DNA of 32,000 nt. Source: Ignicoccus islandicus DSM 13165 (lineage in GTDB: Archaea; Thermoproteota; Thermoprotei_A; Sulfolobales; Ignicoccaceae). Numbering within the stretch: position 1 is the first letter of the stretch; each line of letters starts with the position of its first letter. Both the position numbers and the translations under genes were made by a program. Below the pieces are notes generated by a model. That model did not search any database. It saw nothing but the letters and a program-made list of their open reading frames with translations, and had not been told where the DNA came from. The stretch is from the NCBI RefSeq assembly GCF_001481685.1, contig NZ_CP006867.1:120001-152000 (forward strand). Reading direction: 5' to 3'. Positions 1-8,750 of the stretch are shown here, in pieces.

Positions 1-1
1 A

Positions 2-103
2 ATGGACGACTTCATGAAAGCTATAGATAAAGTGATGTCTAAGAGACTCGGAACCACGTACAGGCAAGCTCCAAAGAAGGAACATTCGCTAAATACAATT
101 TAA
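2..103 (+). CDS. C-terminal part of an unidentified ORF that may begin upstream of the window (MDDFMKAIDKVMSKRLGTTYRQAPKKEHSLNTI*)
   Basis: Open frame from the window edge to TAA at 101-103; overlaps the 3' end of the convergent RNase HI ORF by about 4 nt. Too short to assign. Confidence 0.35.
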   Translation: MDDFMKAIDKVMSKRLGTTYRQAPKKEHSLNTI

Positions 104-546
104 GCCCCATAGAACTCTCTATATTCCTTCTCGTACTTCTTAATGAATTCCTTGAAGGCTTCTCTACTCAATTGGTCAGCTTCCTTGTTCAATTCTCTGG
201 GTACCCATTCCAATTGATATTCGAAGTCCTTCAGCAGTTCCATAGCTTTCCTATAAAGGGGTTTCATGCGTTCGGACCTCACTCTATATTCTCCTTTCAA
301 TTGCCTTATAACTAGCTGCGAATCCCCCCTTATTTTGACCTTCTTAATTCCCTTCTCTTTAAGACATTCCAATCCCCTTATCAAGGCCGTGTATTCCGCC
401 ACGTTGTTGGTAACGTCGTCTCCTAGGAAGCCGGCTCCTACTACGCCCTTTCCCTTGCATATAACTCTTCCGTCGCTCTTGGCCACGAATCCGTAAGTAG
501 CTACGCCTCCCGGGTTCTTCGGTTCGCAAAGCCCATCGAAATACAA
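100..546 (-). CDS. rnhA: Ribonuclease HI (archaeal/short type)
   Basis: MYFDGLCEPKNPGGVATYGFV start, NNVAEYTALIRGLE and KIRGDSQLVIRQLKGEY motifs, and WVPRELNKEADQLSREA, which match RNase HI active-site blocks. Confidence 0.9.
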   Translation of the reverse strand: MYFDGLCEPKNPGGVATYGFVAKSDGRVICKGKGVVGAGFLGDDVTNNVAEYTALIRGLECLKEKGIKKVKIRGDSQLVIRQLKGEYRVRSERMKPLYRKAMELLKDFEYQLEWVPRELNKEADQLSREAFKEFIKKYEKEYREFYGA

Positions 547-556
547 GACTACTTCC

Positions 557-1720
557 TTAGAGGAGATATGGGAGTTTCGCGTATCTCTTTGCGAATTCCT
601 CTACCTCCGTCAATCGTATCTTCTCGTTCGGCTTATGGGCTTCCATGGAATCCCCGGGCCCCCAAGTTACCACGTCATATCCCCTATAGAACCTCATGTC
701 TAAACCGGCCTCACATACCCTCTTCGGCTCGCCCCAAGTCTTTTCTATTAATTCCGCCAGTTCACTGTTTTCATTTAATATACCTTGATCAACGAACTTG
801 ACCCTTACTTTACCTCTTCCTTCCACTATTTCCTCGATCTTCCTAACTACGTCCTCTGGGCGGACCTCGGGAACGGTCCTCACGTCTATCGAGAACTTAA
901 ATGAACCTGGTATTACGTTTTCCTTGTTCGATGTAGAGTAAGCTACGCCACCTATGTTATAGACAGTGAACTTAGCCATGGGATGACCGCTGGTGTACTC
1001 GTACTTGCTGAAGGTCTTCGAGAACTCCTCTTTCAATGCTCTGTCTATTTCAATAGCTAATGATGCAGCTTTAATGAAGGCGTTCTCGCCGACCCATGGC
1101 ATGGAAGCGTGGGCTTGGACGCCGCTCACTTCCACCTCTAACCATATTACGCCTTTGTGGCCTATCCATACCGTTCTAGAAGAGGGCTCAGCTATCACCA
1201 CCTTCTTACCTACTGGGTACTTGTCCTTTAGCGCGTTTACTCTATAAGCAGTTCCGCATAACCCCCCAACCTCTTCGTCTGGAACTAGTACGGCCTTTAT
1301 TTCACTACCTTTCCAATTGGAAAGGTTAGCCATTGCTAACATTATAGCTGCTACGCCGCCCTTCATGTCAACTGCTCCCCTGCCTATAACGTAACCGTTG
1401 ACCAGCTTGGCATCGAACGGGTCGCTCTCCCAACCTTCGCCAGGGGGAACGACGTCGTAATGCCCATTGAATTCTAATAAAGGATCTCCATCCCCTACTT
1501 TGGCTATTATTATGGGTCTCTCGGAACCGGTAGGACAAACCTTCGATCTATAGTCCTTGTCTACGTATTCTATCTTGGCCTCAATACCTCGTTCTTCGAA
1601 CCATCCTTTAACGAATTTAGCGAACTCCTCGTACTGCTTGCCTTCTGGCGAGACTGTATCATACGAAATAAGTTTCCTGAGTAGGGAAAATGCATCGTTG
1701 ATGGATGACCACCGAAGCAA
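557..1720 (-). CDS. M20 family metallopeptidase (ArgE/DapE/carboxypeptidase G2-like)
   Basis: Metal-binding blocks FNGHYDVVPPGEGW, GRGAVDMKGGVAAIM, VPDEEVGGLCG; C-terminal WGPGDSMEAHKPNEKI. Confidence 0.85.
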   Translation of the reverse strand: MLRWSSINDAFSLLRKLISYDTVSPEGKQYEEFAKFVKGWFEERGIEAKIEYVDKDYRSKVCPTGSERPIIIAKVGDGDPLLEFNGHYDVVPPGEGWESDPFDAKLVNGYVIGRGAVDMKGGVAAIMLAMANLSNWKGSEIKAVLVPDEEVGGLCGTAYRVNALKDKYPVGKKVVIAEPSSRTVWIGHKGVIWLEVEVSGVQAHASMPWVGENAFIKAASLAIEIDRALKEEFSKTFSKYEYTSGHPMAKFTVYNIGGVAYSTSNKENVIPGSFKFSIDVRTVPEVRPEDVVRKIEEIVEGRGKVRVKFVDQGILNENSELAELIEKTWGEPKRVCEAGLDMRFYRGYDVVTWGPGDSMEAHKPNEKIRLTEVEEFAKRYAKLPYLL

Positions 1721-2226
1721 ATTACCATAATAGAGCTAATTACCTTTTAGATAAAGGAATCGAATTGGGTGAGAGCATTAGAGGATTGGGTGAAAAGCAA
1801 ATAAAAATGATATTCTATAGATATAGATTGAAGCTAAGCTATAGCGAAATAGGCGACATGCTCGGAACTTCGAAGCAGAACGTTCACTCTACGTTGAAAA
1901 GGATAAATCGGAACTATACGGAGTGCAAGGAGATCGTGGAACTAGTTGAACTCGCATCCAATCCGTTCGTAGAGGTAACCAAAGGTTCTAACGTTATGGA
2001 CGTCTCGGACAGAGTTCTAGAAGTAGCCGACTCGGAAGGCATAAAGCTCCGTGGAAATAAGAGCGAGATAATTACGTGGATAAAGTGGCACTTCAATATG
2101 GACGATCTAATTATAAAGGAAGAAGGTGGCATTGTTATCAAAAACGATGGGAGTTTGATGAAGGTTAGCGACATTATATTGAAGAAGATAAAGGCGTTAC
2201 TAAACCAATATGGTCAACAAAAATAG
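1705..2226 (+). CDS. Tfx-like DNA-binding transcriptional regulator
   Basis: N-terminal helix-turn-helix LSYSEIGDMLGTSKQNVHSTLKRINRNY followed by a Tfx-like second domain (NPFVEVTKGSNVMDVSDRVLEVADSEGIKL). Confidence 0.7.
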   Translation: MTTEANYHNRANYLLDKGIELGESIRGLGEKQIKMIFYRYRLKLSYSEIGDMLGTSKQNVHSTLKRINRNYTECKEIVELVELASNPFVEVTKGSNVMDVSDRVLEVADSEGIKLRGNKSEIITWIKWHFNMDDLIIKEEGGIVIKNDGSLMKVSDIILKKIKALLNQYGQQK

Positions 2227-2285
2227 TTTACGAATTCACGGAGTGTTTTTAAATAATTCTAGAGATAGTCAACTTGGTGCATTTT

Positions 2286-3053
2286 ATGAGAAGCAAGTTG
2301 ATAGCTGCCTTCGTAATATTGGCTTTGATGACGGTAGGCCTCAGCCACCTAAGCTTTCAAAGGAACGAAAAGCCCCTCTTCCTACTAAACGCTGCAATGA
2401 AGAAAGCTTGGTTGAAAATACTACCTCTCTTTGAAAAGAAGTACAACGTGCAAGTAGAAGCCATATATGGTAGCTCCGGTCACTTGCTAGCGCAACTGGA
2501 AATAACCAAAACTGGAGAGGTCTATTCGCCAGCAACCCCAGTATATATGGAAAAGGCCGTAAGGGACGGCGTTGTTGACCCTAACACCGTTACTACTGTC
2601 GCATGCTTGAGATTAGCTATACTCGTCCCAGCCAATAGTCCGATAAGGAGCTTGGACGACCTCGTGAAAGGGAATTATAAAGTGGCCATGTGCGATCTAA
2701 AGAGTTGCGCTGTAGGTAAGTTCGCTAAACAATCTTTCGAAATGAGCGGTCTCTGGAATCAGCTTAGGGGTAAAGTAATCACTTTTACAGAGAATTTCTC
2801 TAAGCTAGTTAGCCTAGTTGCCCTAGGTCAGGTAGACGCAGCCATCGGATGGAGCGTGGGCCATTACTGGTATCCAGATAAGGTTAGAGCTATACCGCTT
2901 AACGTCTCAACCCCTTACGAACCCTGTATTCAGATAGCAATTACTAAGTACGCAAAGAATAGGGACTTGGCTGCGAAGTTCATTCAGTTCCTGAAAGAAC
3001 CCGAAGTACAGCAAATACTCAAGGAACTGGGTTACGAGGTCGTGAACAAATGA
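2286..3053 (+). CDS. Molybdate/tungstate ABC transporter, substrate-binding protein
   Basis: N-terminal signal peptide, ModA/WtpA-like layout (VEAIYGSSGHLLAQLEITKTGEVYSPA..., QVDAAIGWSVGHYW); followed by permease and ATPase genes. The track starts at TTG 2274; ATG 2286 is the likelier start. Confidence 0.8.
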   Translation: MRSKLIAAFVILALMTVGLSHLSFQRNEKPLFLLNAAMKKAWLKILPLFEKKYNVQVEAIYGSSGHLLAQLEITKTGEVYSPATPVYMEKAVRDGVVDPNTVTTVACLRLAILVPANSPIRSLDDLVKGNYKVAMCDLKSCAVGKFAKQSFEMSGLWNQLRGKVITFTENFSKLVSLVALGQVDAAIGWSVGHYWYPDKVRAIPLNVSTPYEPCIQIAITKYAKNRDLAAKFIQFLKEPEVQQILKELGYEVVNK

Positions 3054-3799
3054 AGGCCTTTGCCTTCGTAATGCCTACCTTTCTCCTCATGATTATAATT
3101 CTTCCCCTTTTCTCTGTACCACTTCGTTCCGTTGCCTCGGCCCTACTTGACCCGGAAACCCTGTATGCGTTCCAACTGAGCGTTTTCACTGCGTCCGTTG
3201 CTACAGCTCTCGCGTTATTGGTAGCGATACCATCGGGCTACTCGCTTTCCAAGGGGTGTAGGTTTTCTCGCGTACTTAAGGCGATCTCTATGATTCCATT
3301 GGCGTTACCGCCTGTAGCGTTAGGAGCGCTATTATTGATTTTCTTCTCCAGAACGCCACTAGGTAACCTCGTAAATTCCGTTATACCAATAGTATTCAAC
3401 GTTCCCGGCTTGATAGTTGCCCAATTCGTCGTTGCGTACCCTATATCGCTGAGGGTAATTGAGAGTTCAATGCACATGCTCGATGAGGAACTGTTGACTT
3501 TGTCGCGCGTTTACGGTTGCGATGGACTGTGCTTGATAAGGAAAGTGATACTACCTATTATTGCACCCGGACTTCGGGCCGCTTCCCTACTCTCATTTGC
3601 TCGCTCCCTAGGTGAATTCGGTGCCTCCGTCACCTTGGCTGGGGCGATAAGGTTTAAGACGGAAACTCTCCCAATTGCGATTTACTTAACCCTTAGTTCG
3701 GGTGAGTTGGAAAAGACCTTAGCATTAATATTCGTAACGGCAATGCTCTCCTTAATATTGTTTATCATAGGTGAGGGCAATGAAGGCGCTGGAAGTTAG
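3050..3799 (+). CDS. Molybdate/tungstate ABC transporter permease (ModB/WtpB-like)
   Basis: Multi-TM protein with the EAA-like loop LSRVYGCDGLCLIRKVILPIIAPGLRAASLLSFARSLGEFGASVTLAG; ATG overlaps the preceding stop. Confidence 0.88.
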   Translation: MKAFAFVMPTFLLMIIILPLFSVPLRSVASALLDPETLYAFQLSVFTASVATALALLVAIPSGYSLSKGCRFSRVLKAISMIPLALPPVALGALLLIFFSRTPLGNLVNSVIPIVFNVPGLIVAQFVVAYPISLRVIESSMHMLDEELLTLSRVYGCDGLCLIRKVILPIIAPGLRAASLLSFARSLGEFGASVTLAGAIRFKTETLPIAIYLTLSSGELEKTLALIFVTAMLSLILFIIGEGNEGAGS

Positions 3800-4418
3800 G
3801 AACCTAAGCTTTTCTTACAAAAAGAGACCTATTTTAAGTAACGTGAACTTAGACGTTTCACACCCATCAATAGTGGCAATAATAGGGCCTAATGGGTCCG
3901 GTAAGAGCACCTTCGCGAAAGTTATAGTTGGTCAGCTTAAAGGCGAGGGTGAAGTAAGGATCTTCAATAAGATAGTGTTGAGCAAGGGAATATATTTACC
4001 ACCTAGTAGTAGGGGATTGGCTTACGTACCTCAAAGGAGCCCAGTCTTTCCACACCTCACTGTTAAGGAGAATCTGGAGTTCGTCGCTAAGAACGCTACT
4101 CCCCGCTTAATCGAGGAAGTGATGGGGCTCTTTGAATTAGAACCCATCTCCGATTTGAAGGGCAAGGAGCTTTCCGGAGGCCAAGCGAAGAGGCTTTCAA
4201 TAGCAATGGCCTTCGCTAGCGGTAAAGAACTAATAATTATGGACGAACCCTTGAGCGGTGTAGACCCCAGTTCGCGCGAGAGCCTAGTTGAGGTAGTAAG
4301 GGAGCTCGCAAAGAAACGAAAAGTTTCGATCTTGTGGATTACTCACTTCAAGGAAGTAATGGAGAAATGTGACGAAGTGTATATGATGGATAAGGGATTT
4401 TTAATAAAAATTGATTAA
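3780..4418 (+). CDS. Molybdate/tungstate ABC transporter ATP-binding protein (ModC/WtpC-like)
   Basis: Walker A GPNGSGKST, signature LSGGQAKRLSIAMAFA, Walker B LIIMDEPLSGVDP. The ATG at 3780 is a better start than the track's 3771. Confidence 0.9.
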   Translation: MKALEVRNLSFSYKKRPILSNVNLDVSHPSIVAIIGPNGSGKSTFAKVIVGQLKGEGEVRIFNKIVLSKGIYLPPSSRGLAYVPQRSPVFPHLTVKENLEFVAKNATPRLIEEVMGLFELEPISDLKGKELSGGQAKRLSIAMAFASGKELIIMDEPLSGVDPSSRESLVEVVRELAKKRKVSILWITHFKEVMEKCDEVYMMDKGFLIKID

Positions 4419-4431
4419 AAATAGTGGAACT

Positions 4432-5082
4432 TTACTTGTTGCAAACGACTATAGTGGTAGTTACTGGTAGAGTTACAGTAGTGGTTACTACTACGGTCTT
4501 GGTGACAGTAACGACGTTACCAGCAGCCGGTGCCGGTTGGGTTGTGGTGGGTTGTTCGGCTTGCATTGGAACTGCGTTAACTATCTTAACGCCATAGGCG
4601 TCTCCAGTAGGTGCACCATCACCGTTAGCAGCTAGTGCAGCCACTTTCAGTTGGACTGGCTTGGCATCGTTAGGAGCTATCCACTCTACAACCCACTTGT
4701 TAACTTGAGCTCCCTCCTTAGTGTGAGTTACGAACGCTATAGTCTGACCGGTAGTGAAGTCGAAGGCTTGGGTTAGGAAGGTGTTCTCTGGATCAATTAC
4801 CTTTAACTCGCCGGAAGAGACAGTGAAAGCGAAGCCAGCGCAGTTGCTCATAGCTGGAGTGCATTGGTGCTCGATTTCTATAGTTAGCTTGTAAGCCTTG
4901 CCGGGGACGTAATAGTACTTACCTCCCTTCTCAGGAAGACCCTTAATTATTATCTTGTTTGGAGGTAGTCCTTTCGCATCTACGTGGCATTGAGTGCAAG
5001 TTAATGAAGGCGCTCCGTTGCTCATTGCAAAGGTTACAAGGGAGGCGAGGAGTACTACCGATAATACTTTGTATGCCTTCAC
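4432..5082 (-). CDS. Secreted protein with one CXXCH motif and a Reeler/choice-of-anchor-like beta domain, Thr/Val-rich C-terminus
   Basis: Signal peptide MKAYKVLSVVLLASLVTFAMSNGA followed by CTQCH (CXXCH codons at 4984-4998); YYVPGKAYKLTIEIEH...AGFAFTVSSG...THTKEG; C-terminal VVTVTKTVVVTTTVTLPVTTTIVVCNK. Confidence 0.6.
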   Translation of the reverse strand: MKAYKVLSVVLLASLVTFAMSNGAPSLTCTQCHVDAKGLPPNKIIIKGLPEKGGKYYYVPGKAYKLTIEIEHQCTPAMSNCAGFAFTVSSGELKVIDPENTFLTQAFDFTTGQTIAFVTHTKEGAQVNKWVVEWIAPNDAKPVQLKVAALAANGDGAPTGDAYGVKIVNAVPMQAEQPTTTQPAPAAGNVVTVTKTVVVTTTVTLPVTTTIVVCNK

Positions 5083-5222
5083 GAACCCTCACGCTCATAA
5101 GGGAAGAGCATGCCCTCCATAAAAATTCGTTTCGTTTAAATCGTTTGAATGGTCGCTTAACGTAGTTTTCGCCTTGATTTTTCTATTTACCTCCCTCAAA
5201 ACTTGTCTCGGGGTACGAAGTC

Positions 5223-5573
5223 TTGGTATTCATGACCGGGTTCGTTCTAATAGATCCGAACTACAGGCACGGCGAGAAAAGGGAGGAAGTGAAGAACTTC
5301 TTAAGCAACATCGGGTTTGAAATATATGAAACTAATACGGAACCCTATCTGGTCTATTACGTAGAAGGTAGAACAGTTAAGGATCTAGATGAATTATCCA
5401 AGTTAGCGACTTCCCATCCCGGCGTCCTCAAGGTTTACGTTTCTTACGGTTACCTAGGGGATAACGAGAAACTTGAGAGCTTAGAAGAGGCTTTGGAAAG
5501 AGGGGAAATAGCCGTAGGCGAAAGCCTCATTGAATATTTGAAGGAACTCATTGAAGAGCTGAGAGGCAAATAA
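5223..5573 (+). CDS. Small protein, possible NapD-like (molybdoenzyme maturation) chaperone
   Basis: About 110 aa, alpha/beta pattern, LATSHPGVLKVYVSYGYL resembles the NapD 'lpGV' segment; located next to NapG/NapH-like genes. Similarity is weak. Confidence 0.4.
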   Translation: MVFMTGFVLIDPNYRHGEKREEVKNFLSNIGFEIYETNTEPYLVYYVEGRTVKDLDELSKLATSHPGVLKVYVSYGYLGDNEKLESLEEALERGEIAVGESLIEYLKELIEELRGK

Positions 5574-7067
5574 TTACTTTTCTTCCTTTTTGAAGAAGCT
5601 CAAGGACAGAACGCCGTATGGACATACCTCAACGCACCTTCCGCAATGGAAGCAGCGATAATCGTCGATGTCTTTATTTCTGTTTATGTAATCTACTATA
5701 TCAATACTCATAGGACATGCCATGCTGCATAGGTTGCACCTAGTACACTTTTTCTCATTTACTATCCTTATTCTCAACGGACTGTATTTATTCATCACGA
5801 ACCCGTAGAGCGCGCCTATAGGACAAACGAACCTGCACCAGAACCTCTTTATTTTGAATACTTTCTCAGCAATTACGTTGACTACTAGCGCGAAGAGAGT
5901 AGTGTACCCGTAAGCTATTATGGAACCAACGAACGCAGCTGGTACGTTTGCCAGGACGGCAACTACGAACGCTCCGAACTTAGTCGTTCCAGCAACTGGT
6001 GACATGTTCGTAAAGAACGGCATCGCAAAGACGTAGCTCAGTACTACGTAAGCTAAGGCGAAAGCTATCGGTACTACCTTCTCGAGAGTCGTAGCCTTGT
6101 GGAACCTTATTTGAGGGGGGTCCCTAGGCATGTTGAGTTTCTTTTCAAATATTGAGAATAGTAAGTCCATGGGGCAAACCCATCCGCAGAAGAACCTTCC
6201 TAGAACGCTGTAGAGGAAAACTACTACCAAGACAGCAATAACGGATTCTAAAGTGAAACCTCTTGAAGCAGCAAGGTACTCAATCCACGCTATCGGATCC
6301 ATCATTGGATAGTAGAACGTTCCAACGTTCTTCAAACTAACGAAATAGGACACTAACGTTAACACGCCTAGTGCGATTGAAGTTATGCCGAGAGCATACG
6401 CTAATCTCTTTATCCTCTCGTCTTTAGTTACCATTTCCTCTGCGTAAAGTCCGAAGCTTATAGCAGCGGCAACTGCAGCAGTAGACCCGAGTACAACCAA
6501 TAAGTTTTCAGTAATTAAGAACGTTACGACGGCCATTGCAAGGAATATTGCTGAGGCGTTCATGCTGAACTTCAGTAACCCCGCCCCCTCTTTACTTATT
6601 CTCCAGAGGTAACCCAGGTAGAGCGTACCTCCAAGTATGAAGGTAATCCAAGCAGCTATTCCCGTATAATTTAACACTTCCTTAGGCTCTTGCTTGGTTC
6701 CTACCCTTATGATAGCTGTTACGTCTAAACCCAATCCTGTGAACAAGGAGTAAAGGGCAAGTATTGCGCCTATAGTTGCTAGACTCCCCCCTATTAGCCC
6801 TAGGTATTTCACCTTACCAGATTCTTTACTTAGAGATAGAGTGGCCTTCCAGAAGTGATAGGATGCAATGACGAAGAACACGGAAAGAGCTAAGTCGAGT
6901 AAGGTCTTGCTCGAGGCGAAGCTACCTTCTATGAAGTAACCGTGGAACAACGCTTGGGTAGTAAATAACGTGAGGAGGGATAGCTGTAAGAACCTTCGCA
7001 AGAAGGTGTACTTACCTCTAGGTGGCCTACCCTTCAAACTCTTTTTCAATTTCTCTATATTGATCAT
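5574..7067 (-). CDS. NapH-like membrane polyferredoxin (quinol dehydrogenase membrane component)
   Basis: Many TM segments, CGWVCPMDLLF and CRFVCPIGALYG motifs, then two 4Fe-4S motifs CTRCNLCSMACPMS and CFHCGRCVEVCPYG. Confidence 0.85.
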   Translation of the reverse strand: MINIEKLKKSLKGRPPRGKYTFLRRFLQLSLLTLFTTQALFHGYFIEGSFASSKTLLDLALSVFFVIASYHFWKATLSLSKESGKVKYLGLIGGSLATIGAILALYSLFTGLGLDVTAIIRVGTKQEPKEVLNYTGIAAWITFILGGTLYLGYLWRISKEGAGLLKFSMNASAIFLAMAVVTFLITENLLVVLGSTAAVAAAISFGLYAEEMVTKDERIKRLAYALGITSIALGVLTLVSYFVSLKNVGTFYYPMMDPIAWIEYLAASRGFTLESVIAVLVVVFLYSVLGRFFCGWVCPMDLLFSIFEKKLNMPRDPPQIRFHKATTLEKVVPIAFALAYVVLSYVFAMPFFTNMSPVAGTTKFGAFVVAVLANVPAAFVGSIIAYGYTTLFALVVNVIAEKVFKIKRFWCRFVCPIGALYGFVMNKYSPLRIRIVNEKKCTRCNLCSMACPMSIDIVDYINRNKDIDDYRCFHCGRCVEVCPYGVLSLSFFKKEEK

Positions 7068-7077
7068 TCCCTTCCCC

Positions 7078-8004
7078 TCAGAACTCGCTAACTATCTTCT
7101 CCTTAATTAGACCCCTCTTATTGATAATGTAATCGGCGTTAATCGTGTATCTCCACGTTGCTTTCTCTGGGTCCTCGTTTTCTATCTTTTTAATCAATTT
7201 AGTGTATTCCTCGTAACTCATGCCCGTGTTCTTGAAGTTCTTCACTCTTTCTTCATATACTTCCTTAGGATACACGTGTATGGCAGCCCCTACTACTGGA
7301 CAAGCTGGAATGCATTGACCACAACCGGTGCACCTTTCCGGTATGACTTCGGTGTGTACTCCGAACTCGTTGAAGGTGAACTTGAAGACTTCGCTACCGT
7401 AGGGGCAAGCCTTCGCGCAACTGTAACAGTCGCCGCTGTTCCATGCCCAGCATAGGTCAGGGTCGATCAGAGCAATTCCCATTTTGACTTTCTTTGGTTC
7501 TATTTCCTCTAGGGCTCCGGTCGGACAAGCTTTCGCACAGCTCATACATAGAGTACATGGGTAGTCCATTAGGTTCCACACAATTGGAACGCCGACCTTC
7601 TTAGAGCCGTCCTTTATGGTACCTAATCGTATTGTATGGTTTCCGTCCCTCATGCACGCGAAGTAACAGAGGCTACATCTGATACATCTTTCAGTTAACT
7701 TGAAGGCGCCTGGGGGTTCTAACTCGAACCTATCTTCGTGGTAGGGCTTCATGTACACGAGCGGCTTATCTGGGAGTACAGGATTAGCCGCATACCTCTT
7801 ACCGTCTTTTTCAATTACATAACCCAAGGCTTTGTACATTTCATACCTATCGTTTTTCTCTAAAATAAATGGTTCGTACCAAACTTTCGGCACTTTCTTC
7901 TCTTCCTTATTTAAGGAGTATATTACGGGTGGGGAGAGGAGCGCCAGAGCTGATGCAGCAATAATACCCTTAAGGAACCTTCTCCTATTATTAGCATCCC
8001 CCAC
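7078..8004 (-). CDS. NapG-like 4Fe-4S ferredoxin with Tat signal
   Basis: N-terminal NNRRRFLKGIIAASALALLSPPV Tat signal; clusters CIRCSLCYFACMRD, CTLCMSCAKACPTGA, CWAWNSGDCYSCAKACPYGS, CTGCGQCIPACPVVGA. Confidence 0.85.
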   Translation of the reverse strand: MGDANNRRRFLKGIIAASALALLSPPVIYSLNKEEKKVPKVWYEPFILEKNDRYEMYKALGYVIEKDGKRYAANPVLPDKPLVYMKPYHEDRFELEPPGAFKLTERCIRCSLCYFACMRDGNHTIRLGTIKDGSKKVGVPIVWNLMDYPCTLCMSCAKACPTGALEEIEPKKVKMGIALIDPDLCWAWNSGDCYSCAKACPYGSEVFKFTFNEFGVHTEVIPERCTGCGQCIPACPVVGAAIHVYPKEVYEERVKNFKNTGMSYEEYTKLIKKIENEDPEKATWRYTINADYIINKRGLIKEKIVSEF

Positions 8005-8068
8005 TACTTTTACCCGGTAAGTTAACGTGTCAAGAGGTAAATATTGAGCCGGTAAAAGAACGTAACCC

Positions 8069-8749
8069 TTAGACCTTGCGAGACGGAAGTATGAAGTAAA
8101 GCTTACCGCTTTCTTCTTTAGGACCTTTAGGCGTTCCCAGAACTCCTTCCCTCACTTTTTCTCTAATTGGATCGTTAGGATCGTCTAGGTCACCGAACAT
8201 TCTAGCTCCCGTTGGACACGTTTCCACGCACGCTGGTTTCTGGCCTTTAGTTATTCTATGATAGCAGAATGTACATTTATCTACAGTGTAGCTGCTTGGA
8301 TCCACGCTCCTCGCACCGTATGGACACGCTACAATGCACGCACCGCAGAGAATGCATTTCTCTTTATTAACTAAGACTATTCCCTCTTTCGTTTGGTAGG
8401 TCGCGGCCGTTGGGCAAACTGATACGCATGGAGCGTCGTCGCAATGGACGCACATTTTGTGCCACAGTAACACGTTTACGTTTGGGTATTCCCCTTCTTC
8501 TACCCTAACTATCTTCGTTCGTGGTTCGAACAGATTCAGTATTTCGGGATTGCCCTTAGCTTCTTTGAGTATCTCCTTGAGGGGTCGTCCTTTGTATAGT
8601 TTTATGGGTAAGTACTTGGATATTAGGGAGTATATTACGTTAGGTCTCTCTCCCTTTTCGCCTTTATATGAGTTTTCTGCAAGGCAAGCTGCTGTGCAAG
8701 CACCGCAACCGGTACATAGGTTCAGATCAATTACCATTACAGGCTTCAA
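8069..8749 (-). CDS. Four-cluster 4Fe-4S electron-transfer subunit (DmsB/TtrB/PsrB family)
   Basis: LCTGCGACTAACLAEN, CVHCDDAPCVSVCPTAA, CILCGACIVACPYGA, CTFCYHRITKGQKPACVETCPTGA; directly downstream of the MopB gene. Confidence 0.88.
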   Translation of the reverse strand: MKPVMVIDLNLCTGCGACTAACLAENSYKGEKGERPNVIYSLISKYLPIKLYKGRPLKEILKEAKGNPEILNLFEPRTKIVRVEEGEYPNVNVLLWHKMCVHCDDAPCVSVCPTAATYQTKEGIVLVNKEKCILCGACIVACPYGARSVDPSSYTVDKCTFCYHRITKGQKPACVETCPTGARMFGDLDDPNDPIREKVREGVLGTPKGPKEESGKLYFILPSRKV

Positions 8750-8750
8750 C

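Noticed and set aside
4432-4540. Short-period repeat-like DNA (GTAGTTAC / GGTTACTAC) at the end of the CXXCH protein gene
   Set aside because: It encodes the Thr/Val-rich protein tail; the repetition is explained by amino-acid composition, not by a separate DNA element.
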